The notes beneath the pieces are model-generated. The model searched no databases and was not told the origin of the DNA. It saw nothing but the letters and a program-made list of their open reading frames with translations. From the NCBI GenBank assembly GCA_904063045.1, contig CAJFCJ010000019.1:3168684-3232683 (forward strand): a DNA stretch of 64,000 bases, in the 5' to 3' direction. The position numbers were made by a program, and so were the translations under genes. The stretch's first letter is position 1. Each line of letters starts with the position of its first letter. Below, piece after piece: positions 38,113 through 58,531 of this stretch. This DNA is from Dimorphilus gyrociliatus (taxonomy: Eukaryota; Animalia; Annelida).

Positions 38113-40911
38113 ACATAGTGCCATGGCATTATATATACATATTTATGTGTACATCTGAAATATGCGTTCGTAAATTCTGAGAGTAGGATTCAACTAGCCT
38201 CAGCCAATATGCTATATCTTAATTTGAATACATCTTGAAAGAGATCTAATGCGTTTTTGTCTCTCAGAATTTGCAGTGCATACGTCAACGCTACAAACAC
38301 TGTTGGTCGTCAATATTGTACATTTTTTCTATGTTATTTATTTTTAATTTAGTACAAAAAATCAGAAATAATTGTCACCATCATAACTTATGTTATTTTA
38401 CCTGTATATATCACATAAATACCATCTTACATCAAAAATTACTATATTTATTCGTATATTCCAATTCTTGTTCTTTTTAAAATTTGGTTTATGGACGTGT
38501 CGCAAAAAAAACAAAGCAATTTCATTTTTTAAGCAATATACATGTTACTAAAGAATCGTTACTAGTCAGTTTGTCAATGATAAAAATCATGTAAAAGGAT
38601 AAATACAACCGTTTGTTTCATGTATACAATATTTGTTATAAATTGGCACGTCAATTTGCTCAAGGAATGTGCCCAATTGTGCTTCATTCCATTTTGGAGC
38701 AAATTTAAGTGGTATTGTTCCAAAATGTCGTATATTTTAACCCTAGGCCAAATTGTAATGTTTTTATTGATACTGTATGTAAATTACCATTCAAAAAAAA
38801 TAAAATAAAAAAGTGAATAATTTTTTAGATCATGATAAACCACATCCTACTTATTAGGCCATGTGCATCAAAGACACTCATTGCGCGGACATTTAACATC
38901 CAGCGTTAAGTATATGCCTGTCTTGAAAGTCTGCGACGTAGACGAAGTAAAAATTTGAAGTACTTAGTCCGTTCGACCGATTCTCAATAATTAGCGATTG
39001 ATTACTATTATTGACTTGGTCTCTTTTCTGATAACTTGAACATATTTAGTGATAGCTTGGCATGTTTTGCAAGGTATAAGGTTTGATAATTATTCAAAAT
39101 ATTTTTCCGCTCCAACAAATTATACTTCATGTATGAAGTATATAAAGATAAATATTTCGAGTATGCTTTATATCATTTCTAGTAGATCATATAAGTATAT
39201 GTATATATCAAATATATATAGATATATACTAATATATATATATATATATATATATCACATATTGTATACATATACGAGACGCTTTGCAGGAAACAGCAAA
39301 CATCAATGTTGTATCCGAACATCTATTTTAAATACCTTTCATCAGCTTGCTTTATACGACCCTACATAAACGTTTGATCTGTCTTGCACCATTATAGTTT
39401 TGTGCAGTCTACAATTTATAAGATTACTAAAATCCTAATAATAATATGGCCTAAATAAATATTATTTTCAGATTCAATATCAAAAATATATTATTTTCGA
39501 AAATGAAAATTAATAGCTGAAAAGTTAATTTAAAGATTTTAAAGAAAGAAAATGTCAGTTATTTTTATTCTCAGACTTCCAAGTGACAAATATTGTATAC
39601 AAATTGTATTGCTTGCAAAGGAGAAAAATGAAAAGTTTCCTTTCGATATATTTAAAAGTTATCTTTTCGATAGATCACGATTCAATGAGAGACGGTTTGT
39701 AATTAAGCTGCTGCTCATTAGTGAGTGACAGATTATTTGCAAGGTTGCCTTCAGCATCATAATAACGAAAAGAGCACGTGCAGCATTAGCTGATATACAT
39801 ATGAAAATGAAGGTAATATCGTCTGAATCGTTGATATTTTTTTGAGATAAGCTAGCAGTTCCTGTTCATGATACAATTTTTTTGTAATGAAAAGTTTTGT
39901 TTCGTGATTAAAATCATATTCAGTGACTAAATGCAGTAGACGTCTATATTCGGAAAACTTCCTAGAGAAGTTTTTTTTATAAATTTCCATCATATTATTT
40001 CACATTCATTCAATGAAAGCAGCCAAGTTCTCTATAACTTTATACCTGCTCCTCGTAAGTATATGTGTCTACGCATATTTTGTTTGTTTTCATCAATATA
40101 ATAGAAAAAACTAAAAGCTTTGTCCTATTCGTTTCTCACGCAGACGACGCGATATTTCCGGTTGTGTCTTTTTTCGCACCATGGGCGTCTAACGGTCGTA
40201 GCTTGTTATAGGAGCATGCAACCTTTGTTAAACGCAAGAAAGACTTCATTTGCTAAGGTGAACTTATTCATACAGTATATTATACCTGCAATGCATTACT
40301 CAAATTGAGCATATTTCTTTTTAAAACTATATTCACTTTCTCTATGCGACATATATGGGGATCTTTATCCTAATATAGGCTATTCTGTATCCAAAATGTC
40401 ATAATTATTATCTTTTATATAGACTATTAATAAACTTTCACACATCGCATTTAAGAGCAATCTAAAAAAGTGGCAATAGTAATGATAATCAAAAGCTGAT
40501 AGTAGACCTTGACTCCTAAAATATCAACGCCTAATGTTAAAATAAAAAGAGAAATAATGTAAATTCCTCTTCCTGATACCCTTTTAACTTACAGTCAAAT
40601 TTTTAAGCATACTTAAACTCACATCAATGGAATTGTACATGTTTTTTTTATATATATTAGGTTAAACACATTTCATTGAGTGTTTATTTTTTTACTCCAT
40701 CTTGGATATTTTTACTTAGCCTTTTTTATTTTTGAATTATTTTAAGATAGTAAAACAATTAGATTTTAATTACAGTTTCTCGTCGAAGGTGAGTAGTAAT
40801 AATTTGGAAAGAGATTTAACCTTTTTCTTATTCAAGAGAAGGAGGAAACGATAGAGACTTGTGATTGATTGAAGAAAACTCATTTTCATAAAATTTTAAA
40901 ATAAATATCAC

Positions 40912-40926
40912 CCACCAGATGGCAAC
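40912..40926 (+). promoter_or_regulatory. CTCF-like motif between TCF and KAT6
   Basis: CCACCAGATGGCAAC, a near-perfect consensus match. Confidence 0.5.
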
Positions 40927-41060
40927 ACATTATTCGCATTTTTTAATTTTGTTATAAATTATTCCATACTGTAACCGCAATTATTGTGGGAATGAAAATT
41001 ATTATATAGTACTGATCTTTAGATCGATATTATTGATGTGTATAAATACATAAATACATA

Positions 41061-41135
41061 CACATATATATATATATATACATATAGATATATATATATA
41101 TAAATTTATATATACTGTATATATATAAATACAGT
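41061..41135. repeat. TA-rich low-complexity repeat
   Basis: Interrupted (TA)n tract. Confidence 0.75.
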
Positions 41136-41959
41136 ATATATATATGACATATCATTAAAAATATATATTTATGTTTTGGCACGACATTCGAATCAGATGC
41201 TTAAACTCTTTGAAAATACAAACTAGATAATTTTAATGAAACATGAGAAATCACTATTAAATAATGTCTTAATCACATATATTGTTATTTTTTATTAATA
41301 AGGGTAGCGGATTTCTGACATGCGCTCTTTCGACTTCCGTTTCTCGCGAAATTGAAAAACAGGCGCCATATTAAAATGGCGACGGTTAGTGAATCTGATA
41401 AATAAAAATGATTGGATTTATCGGATATTTGTTATAGTTGAACGAAGTATAAAATTGCTAATAGTAGAGGTTAACCTTCATTAAAGAGAATCGATTTCCT
41501 CTTTGAATCGCCGCTTCGATTGAGGTTAGTATGATATCGTATTTGCGTGCATGTTGCGGTTTTGACGACTTTAATGGGGATATTTGGCACGGATAGCACG
41601 CAAAAGAGATAAGCTTTTTTGATAATTTGGGCGACTGTTTACTTAATATTTTACTTTAAGAAATATTTGAAATAAAAAACACATTTTATCAACTTGATAT
41701 TAGTGAGTGAGTGTTTTTAACTTCTCGCTTTCCATTGACGATTACCTGCGCCATCTTGTAAAATTGTGTTAAACGGTTGCGTATCGATTTCGTCCTTAGA
41801 ATTGATACATATGTATATCTGATCGTCGTAGTAAATGAATAATCATTCTCTTGTTTTATATTTCATGTTTAGTCATATTCGTTTAGTAATGGTTCCCAAA
41901 ATTAATCATAACAGGTGATTGCTCAATGATTCGTCGATATTGGATAAAGTTTGTTCGTC

Positions 41960-44900
41960 ATGGTGAAGGATATTATGCCTGAGGTGAAAGCAAATCCGTC
42001 CCAGATTCTCCTGGATGCTGTTAGGAAGATTCGGGGTCAGAAACAACGACCGAACTTTGATCGCCTTTCTCATGCTGTTCGATTACAAAAGTGGTCAACA
42101 GAGGTTCTAACAGAGTATATTAACAAAGCTGTTGAAGATGGAATTATCCTGAGAATGTATGATAACAAGGGTCTTATGACGTATAAAGATCCTCAAACCG
42201 TTTCTAAACTCAAAACCAGGGATTTGCATGTAGGAGCCGCTTCGGATTTAACTAAAGTTTTAATCAGAACTTTGAAAGAATTGGGCGATCCTGCAGACAT
42301 AGATCAGGTTGAAAAACATATTAGAACTGGCTATCATTTGACTATGGCGTTCAAAGCTGATTTGCGTCAGTCAATTGAAAGCGCCTTGGATAAAGGTGTA
42401 AAATCGTCTAAGTTTCTGTATAAAGATGGAAAATACTCTCCAATAGATGATCACGATAAAGCAGTTGCAGATATGGCATCTTTCAATCAGACGGTGAGTC
42501 ATGACTTTCTTATTGCAAACTTATAATAATTTTATTAAATCAGGGAGCGGCACCAGCTAAAACTACTTGCACTACCTGTTTAACCGGTTCAGGAAAAGAA
42601 CAAGCTCTGTTATCATGCTTTGATTGTGGTGAAAGCTGGCATCCCAGTTGCTTGCGAATTGGTGCTGATTTGGCTAAAAAAATCAAAACAATGAGATGGC
42701 AGTGTCGACAATGTAAAACATGTTCAGCTTGTGGAAAACGTTGTGATAGTAACTTAAAAGTTTCGGAGAACACTGAAAACCCCAAAATTGTACTCTGTCT
42801 ACAGTGCGATCGGGGATTTCATGCTGAATGTTCGAAGAAAAGTAAGGATGAGAATTGGATTTGTCCTTTATGTTTATCGGCACCAAAACTTAAAGCAAGA
42901 AAACGTAAAAGATCAAATAGTGAGAAAAGGACAAGAACCAGTTCTGGAGATTTTAACGGACAGGCCTCGAAACGCTCATTAAAAGATAAATACCCAACTT
43001 TACATTCTTATACCACAAAAACTGATAAATCTCCAGGAACTCTTCAAAATTTTCCGTCTTCAGTCTTGAGTAGCAGTGAATCAAAAGCTACCGGCGACAA
43101 TCATACAAAAAATTTATTCGATGGTTTATCAAATTTTTTTACGCCTAGTGGAAGCAGACGGATGTCTAATAGTTGTCCTCGAGCACCAGTTGAAGGGAAT
43201 AATACCCGTAATAATAATGAAAATGAGACAGTTGTGAAGGAACCAACTGATCGTTACAAAAAGTTAAAAAGTGTAAGAAAGATGAATAGTCACACAGAAT
43301 TTAGAAATAGTGTATTGAAAAAGTTTAAGAGGAAATCTGAAAATCGTCAGAGTTTAAAAAACAGAACTAACAAATTACTAGAAAGAGTAAAGCAGGCAGA
43401 GGCGAAACTAACTCCTAGCACGTCTGGGTCAGATACAGACACGGATGTACTATCTATTAGAAGTAGTAGTCCCTTGATTATTGCCCAAAATGTCACACCC
43501 CATGTTAGTGCCCAAGATGTGGAACTTTTTCAACAAGCTCGTGAGAAGGCTCTGGAGAGTTTAGCAACTTGCATTGAAAACCCATTAACAGCTGATCGAT
43601 TTCCTGCTGCTATAGCTTTTGGCCGCTACCACATTGACACATGGTATTCATCTCCTTATCCCGAAGAGTATGCAAAGTTGGCTCGGTTGTACATTTGTGA
43701 ATTTTGTCTGAAGTATATGAAAAGTGAGAAAATGATTGAAAGGCATAGAAGCAAATGCTGTCTTTGGTCTCCACCAGCCAATCAAATCTGGCGTTCGGCT
43801 GATTTGTCGATGTGGGAGGTAGACGGCAGTAAACAGCGTATCTACTGTCAAAATTTATGTCTGTTAGCTAAATTGTTTCTAGATCACAAAACCTTATATT
43901 TTGATGTTGAACCATTTGTATTTTACGTTTTGACGAAAAGAGATCTTCATGGTGACCATTTGGTTGGCTATTTCAGTAAAGAAAAACATTCTTCGCAAAA
44001 ATATAATTTATCATGCATTATGGTTATGCCTCAGCACCAACGCAAAGGATTTGGCAGGTTTTTAATTGAATTCTCATATTTACTATCTCGAAAGGAAGGA
44101 AGAACTGGAACACCTGAAAAGCCTCTGTCTGATCTTGGAAGAGTATCTTATGAAGCGTATTGGAAAAACGTGATACTATTGTTTTTACACGAGCGCCGAA
44201 AGCAACGATTAATCCAAACAATCTCAATAGAGGATATTAGTAGGTACACAGGAATGTGTCCACATGATATTGTACACACTCTTAACCGAATTGGTTTTTT
44301 GAAAATCTCGGATCGTCGCGTTTCTCTTTCTGTTGATTGGTCGATTGTAAGTGATCAAGTAGAGAAGGATAAGTCGAACTTAACGAGGATTTCATTGGAT
44401 GAAGAAAAATTAAAATGGAGTCCTCCAACGTCAAGCCCCGGTGAAGATAAAGATCTGACAGAAATTCAGGTATTAAATCTTCTAGTTAGCAATATAGGTC
44501 CTTTTTATTGTTGTATTTTATTTAATTTTCCTTGCACAATTTTCTATTTTCACTTTTCGTAATATGGTTTTGAGTGTTTCGTTGAACCCTTCTACAGTTT
44601 GACGATGACAGTGAAGCTAGAGGCAGTCCTGAATTAAAGAAACAAAATTATAAAGGAAAAAACCACGTTGGAAAGAATCGCAAATGTTCTAACATTTTAT
44701 CGGAAAATCCACCTTTAACACCACCTAGCGAACATGAAAATGTTTGTCCAAAAAATAATCAGGTATTAAAATATCATATTTTTATTTTATTTATTTCTCA
44801 GTTTGTAGTTTTCCCAACCTTTTGATGTCTTAAAATTTTTTCTTAATAAATCGATTTAAATTGTGTGTATTATTATACAGAAGCCTAAATCAAAGCTCAG

Positions 44901-46868
44901 AATGGAAAATCATAAATTGCGAAAGACCAGTACCTCCAATGAAGTTAACGGTAACAATCTTTTTAAAGTCATAATTATAACTGATTAACTGGTACATTAA
45001 TTACTTCAGATATCTCAATGGTGAAGGAAATGGGCAGAGGTCGGGGTAGACCAAGAAAAATTCAGCAAGTGTTAAATAAATATTTTTCACCAATACCTGA
45101 CGAAGCTCCAGTCACCGAATCTCCTACTGAATCTATAACACACAATTCTCCGCATCAATCTCCATTAGCTGATCATTCTCCAGTTTCTAATAATTCAATG
45201 ATGAGAAAAATTAATAGAATAGGAAGAACAAAAAAGAAAGTTTCCCCAGTGAGCAAAAGTCATGATGAAGTAAGAAACGAAACAAACGAAAAGCGAGATT
45301 CACCTCCTCCCCCTCCTGTTTTAACACCCGAGGAAAGTGATGAAATTAGTCCAACTTCTCCGGCGCCCAACTCAACTTCATCAACAGGTAGTGATGCAGA
45401 TGATGAATGTGACATATCATCAAGCAGCTCATCAACCACTAGTACCGAAAATAATTCAGGATCTGACTCATCTGGAGAATGTGAGATTGATAACGATGGA
45501 ACTTCAAGTCATATTGCTGGAATTGTCGCTGGTGAAAAGAATGACGGATTTTTGGTTGAGGAAAATTTAAATGGGAATATTGAGGAGAACAAGGATTTAG
45601 AAGCAGTCTCTCTCAATGACATAGCAACTCAAATTACATCGCCAAAGTCTGTATCATCTTCATCGTCTGATTCTTCATCTTCATCATCTACCTCCTCTTC
45701 AAGTAGCAGTTCTGCTGATTCTTCAACTGAAAATTCATGTATAGAAGCGGAGAACGAATCTATTCTTTTCGAAAGACCAAATCATGATCCAGACCTTGAA
45801 GATGAAGTCAAAATTGACAAAGTTACCATGGATTTAACAAAAGACAATCAAATGCATGAACATCACGAAATCAGTGAGAACCCTGTGAATCTCCCCATTG
45901 AACAGAATATAACTCAAATTCAAAATCATTCTGAAGCAGTAAGACTAGAACAAGAGAATGAAAGTATGATGTTCGATTTAATTGATACACCGATGACTCA
46001 ACCAGAGGAGCAACCGTCTATGAGACAGCCTTTTAGTGATTGTGCTCAAACATCATATATGGCATCTCCAGCTAGCAACTACATTCCCTCATCACCGGGA
46101 AGCACTCATTCTGCAGCTTACAACACACCAAATAATTATATTCATTCACCTAGCTACATGCCAAATCCAAGCCCTAATTCAACAGGCCAGTACAGTCAGT
46201 CGGGAGCTGCAGCTGGAGCTGCAAGAAATGGATCTAATACTTCCCCACCAGAACAAATGTATAATATGGCTTCTCCTTCACCAACTACGTTACCTCAGGC
46301 CTCTCCGAATGCAACCTACATGCTACCCCCACAAATGTTAAACAACAGCATGATGAGAGTTGATCAAACTACTGTTTCAGTTCTATCCCAGAAGTATAAC
46401 GCTCCTGTGCAATCGCAGCCATACCTAGGTCGAGGAGATTATTCGCTAGCAAAACTTCATGAGCTTGCGAATGGAACTCCTCCAGTTATGCATAATGGGT
46501 TAACTGGCCATGAACATGGACTATCCCCAGGAAAACATCCTCTGTATCACCCAGGAGGAGCTCAAATGTATTCTGCTACAAACAATAGCTGCTCTTCACG
46601 AGTATTTGGGGGAAACCCTAATGTTTCCTTACAGCCACCAGGAGGCACTAATATGATTGCCGGTTATTTCAACGCACCTCCACAAATGAATGGGGTTCGA
46701 GCCCATATGCAGCAAATGCCCCCGCCAATGCACCATGGAGGGTGGATGCCATCATCACATAACACTGCATATGGAATGATGGGTATGATGCAGCAGAGCA
46801 CAAATGCGTCTCAACAATGGAATCAGCAATCGTATATGACTCAATTTAATATGACTGCAAGAAGGTAG
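41960..46868 (+). CDS. KAT6: KAT6A/B (MOZ/MORF, enok) MYST histone acetyltransferase. Exons 41960-42493, 42544-44469, 44598-44762, 44881-44950, 45010-46868
   Basis: N-terminal winged helix (ILLDAVRKIRGQKQRP...TYKDP), H15-like domain, double PHD, MYST domain with C2HC finger and catalytic GTPEKPLSDLG, acidic region, and a Ser/Met-rich tail with SLAKLHELAN. Confidence 0.96.
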
Positions 46869-47197
46869 CAGTGCTTTAATGTGATGTTTGCATATCTGCA
46901 TAACCACGTCAAAACTGTCGACTAATGGTCACCTTTCATTAAATCCCATGCATAAATGTGCTGTAATTTTGGAATAGCGACTGTCACTTCGTTTTTACTC
47001 ATTTCTTTAGATATATTCGTTATCAGCAGTTTATACATATTCTGATACAAAGAATAAATAAAGTACACACCAATACGCGCATACGCTATGTATATTTATA
47101 TGACGTATGTGAGAGACAGTGTGTATATCTAATATCAATATTCATTTATTAAATTAAAACTAGGGTGAGGAAAGATATTATAATTTGAATTTTCTCT

Positions 47198-47211
47198 CAG
47201 AGATGGCAGCA
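47198..47211 (+). promoter_or_regulatory. CTCF-like motif between KAT6 and the Pitx pair
   Basis: CAGAGATGGCAGCA. Confidence 0.4.
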
Positions 47212-47939
47212 CCTAACTCGTCTGTTGTTGTGAACATTAAACAGAGAAATGAAAGTTACTGTAATTATAAACAAGGAAGCTCTTTTAAGCTATTGAAGAA
47301 CTTTGAGGAAGCCAATTTCGTTATCCTTTAAGCATTAATAGTTCGTTAATTTTATCGAAGCGTTGCGGTTAATAGTATCGATTCTTATTCAACAGAATTT
47401 CTTCAACCAATTTCCATATGTTGAATGATGAATTGTGAGACAAGCCAAAAATTAAAATGCAAATGGTTAATTAAGGCAGATGATTGAAGAGACGTTGCTG
47501 TAATTGACCATCAAAGAGGACTTAACCGGGATTGCGAGATCGTATTGCATATACGTCTGACCTTCAGAGCGTTCTAAAGCATCATTCATATATGCTAATA
47601 AGCCGAATGTATAAATGTATTGAGTGTTGGTATTTGGAGGGTATAAGAATGTCGCCTCGAGCTTATATTACTTCCTGATGTTTTTTGGGTTCAGTATCTA
47701 AACCAGAATTATCATAATTAGTTAAAGTAAATTATATGGTATGCTTGATGACAAATTTACCTTATGAGTTGCGTCGATCTTTTCACACTTAATTAGACAG
47801 AAGGTGATGAAGCATCAAATTGATCATGGTGTACACGGTAGTATGGGAGGAGCGATGGGCGGGGCATAAATGAATGACAGCTGTGGACGGTTTTGTTACA
47901 ATCAGTCGGCTCGCAACTATCGGTCTGCATATATTCGCA

Positions 47940-49556
<1,617 letters not shown>

Positions 49557-49563
49557 GCTATGA

Positions 49564-49626
49564 TTATATATATATATATATGTATATTATATTATATATA
49601 CTAATATATATATATATATATATATG
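49564..49626. repeat. (TA)n microsatellite just after the Pitx-a stop codon
   Basis: Interrupted TA run. Confidence 0.85.
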
Positions 49627-50263
49627 TATTTATATTTATTAATTTATTTACGTAATTATGAGGTTATATATATATAAAGTGCATGTTTTCAAATTGCTCA
49701 CAGCAAGAGTCAAGCGCGAGACGTTCAAATGAAATTTTTCTTTTGCTTAAAAGTATATATTGTATTGTATAAAGCAAGCACATAATGTCTCTATCTCTAG
49801 CAAAACTATAAGCATTATATATATATTATATATATGTCAACATTGTTATTAAATGTATAAAGAAGTTTATTTATTGAATAATATAGTCTGTAAATATATA
49901 CATACTTAAATATCGCGCCAATGGTGCTAAAAGCAACTGAAATCAACGCGTTGAAGCGGAACGAACTCATTAAACGGTCGAGCGGTGATAATGAAAGCGC
50001 CGAAGTTTGCGACGTCGTGATGATGCTAATCGTTCACAAAGCTAAGTGAATGTATGGTGCGTGCATTCACATTATTCTAATACATATAAAGGAGAGTTTA
50101 AGGCTTACTGAGGGAAAATGAGATTTTAGCTAAACAAAAATGTCTCTGGCATATCATTCATGTTACTGTAAATTTTATTACGATTTTTCACTCGATGCAT
50201 CTCATTTGTACAACGACGTCCTCTAACTGTCTTCTTCCATTTACTAATCCATCAATGTTCCCA

Positions 50264-56480
<6,217 letters not shown>

Positions 56481-58517
56481 TCTCTCCTCCAATTACTAAA
56501 CGCTTTGTATGAATATGAGAATAATATGACATCTAACATTGATGTTAGTGAAATATTCATATATGTTTATATTTGCGATACCTTATTTATTCTATTATAT
56601 CAATTATAGGAGGGAAGTTTAAAACACAATTATCTTAGTATCGCGCACAAGTATTAATAAGATTTTAAATATCAAAGTAAGTATTAAGAAAGACAAACGA
56701 ATGTTTATTTGAAAGGGTATACAAACCGCTAGAAAAATTGACCGATGCTAAATGAAGAAATGCAGGCATTCGATTGACTTGGGCGTCGCGACTGAGCGAA
56801 CATTCTTAATCAACATTAATACGTAACTAGGCACGGCAAAGATATAGGCTGTCCCAATTGACCAGCATATGAGTAAAGGAGAACGCAGTCGGTGTGTATT
56901 GATTAATGTGGCTAATTTGCATAATTTATGAAGAATATATCCCCCTTATATATATCCGCCAATCTTAGCGCGTCTCACGCTTCAATAATTCTTGTGAGAT
57001 TTCGTACTATTTTCTATGTTGAAGTGACTGTCAATAAGCAAAGCATATTCCTGTATTGCAGAAGATAAAGTAAATAAGTTTACAGAGATAGATTTATTTT
57101 CACTCTAAACCTATTTTTGCTAATAAAGACAAGCATAAATTGAATAATTTTTTTCATTAGGTTTTATTTCATTTTCAAGAATAATTTACCATATAGCACG
57201 CCCATCATCAATTAATCATATAATATAAAATATAAAGCCACAAAATCCAATCTCGTTTCTCATCTTTCAGGCGCGTCCTGAACGAAACAAGAATCCAATT
57301 AACTAACAACATTTTCAACTCGAGCTATAATCCGTAGCGTCTACCGAAAAAAAGCGTCGTTTATCGAGACCACCCAGAGCGTAGACGGTCACAATAGCTT
57401 TTTGATATCATCTGTAAACGACGACGTATCTGGATCTTGGGGGGAGTCAACCGTTGCGTATTCGTAATGACTTTTTAACATAAGAATATCTAGTTATTTA
57501 GTTATTAAAGGCAGACCAACTAGTTAACGAATTTCTTTTAAGCTATCCTTGAAAGTTTTTCGAAGGTGTCTTAATCCTTTCTAAAGTAAGAGTATTATTG
57601 AAAGTATTTCACTGACAAGAAGAAAAAGCGCTTTCAAACTGGAGTTTTAGATCAGTTTTGGAAGCGTCTAACGAAGACGCAAACGTTTATCGTGTACACG
57701 GTAAGCGGGCGTCATCAAAACGTTTGAAGTTTCCAGCACAAAGTCGGTTCGTGTAAAAGCACGTTGGAATTTGTTCATCGTAGCGTGGTAGTTGTAAAGA
57801 AGGACAAATCCGGTGAAAATCCAGATGATATTCTAAGAGGAGAGGAATTTGCTGGGCAAGCTCGACAAATCTGTATCGCAATTTCTCGATACATGAGTTT
57901 ATTGGATTTATGTAAAAAGTGGCGAACGGCAGGTGTTAAATTGTATATATGACGCGAGCTAGTGAAGAGTATATTGAGTTGAGTCATAAAGAAGAAAAGT
58001 AGCCGGAAGAATGAGATTTAGCGAGTCAACTGTTATTGGCGATCCCGCTCTGAATACTCTCCATCCGCCATGGGAGTCCTTCGCATCGAAAATATCCACC
58101 ATTCTTTTTGTTTTTTTTTGCTTCAGATATTTCATCAATCTCGAATTAGTGAGTACTTAATTTTTTGACGGGTTTCTTTTTGAAAAGTGTGAAGCATTTT
58201 ACCAACAGGTGGCGTACCGATAGATAGATGCAACAGCTAAAATTTTTCGCCCCCTTTCGGATATACGATATGCCAATCAAGCTTCTTTTTTTAAAAAATG
58301 TGCTTTTGTTAATATTTACATACAGTCTTTGAAAATTATGTTAAATATGACATACTTCTCTTCTATAGCTTTGCTTAGCCAACAAAATTTGTAAGAAATT
58401 CTCTGCATACTTTTTTATCTCTTCTTTTAAATGAAACAAGAAGATCTTACATTTGACAATTTCAATTAGAATACTTAAAATTTTCTAAAGTTAAAAAGTG
58501 ACGATTATACAACAATT

Positions 58518-58531
58518 GCGCCATCTCTCGG
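58518..58531 (-). promoter_or_regulatory. CTCF-like motif at the distal edge of the Pitx domain
   Basis: Reverse complement CCGAGAGATGGCGC; related motifs at 58202, 59302 and 59337. Confidence 0.4.

Noticed and set aside
38860-40310. GC-richer patches and 60-100 aa ORFs between TCF and KAT6, including a short stretch near 38912 resembling the start of 18S rRNA
   Set aside because: The rRNA resemblance spans under 20 nt, the ORFs lack motifs, and they do not splice together consistently.
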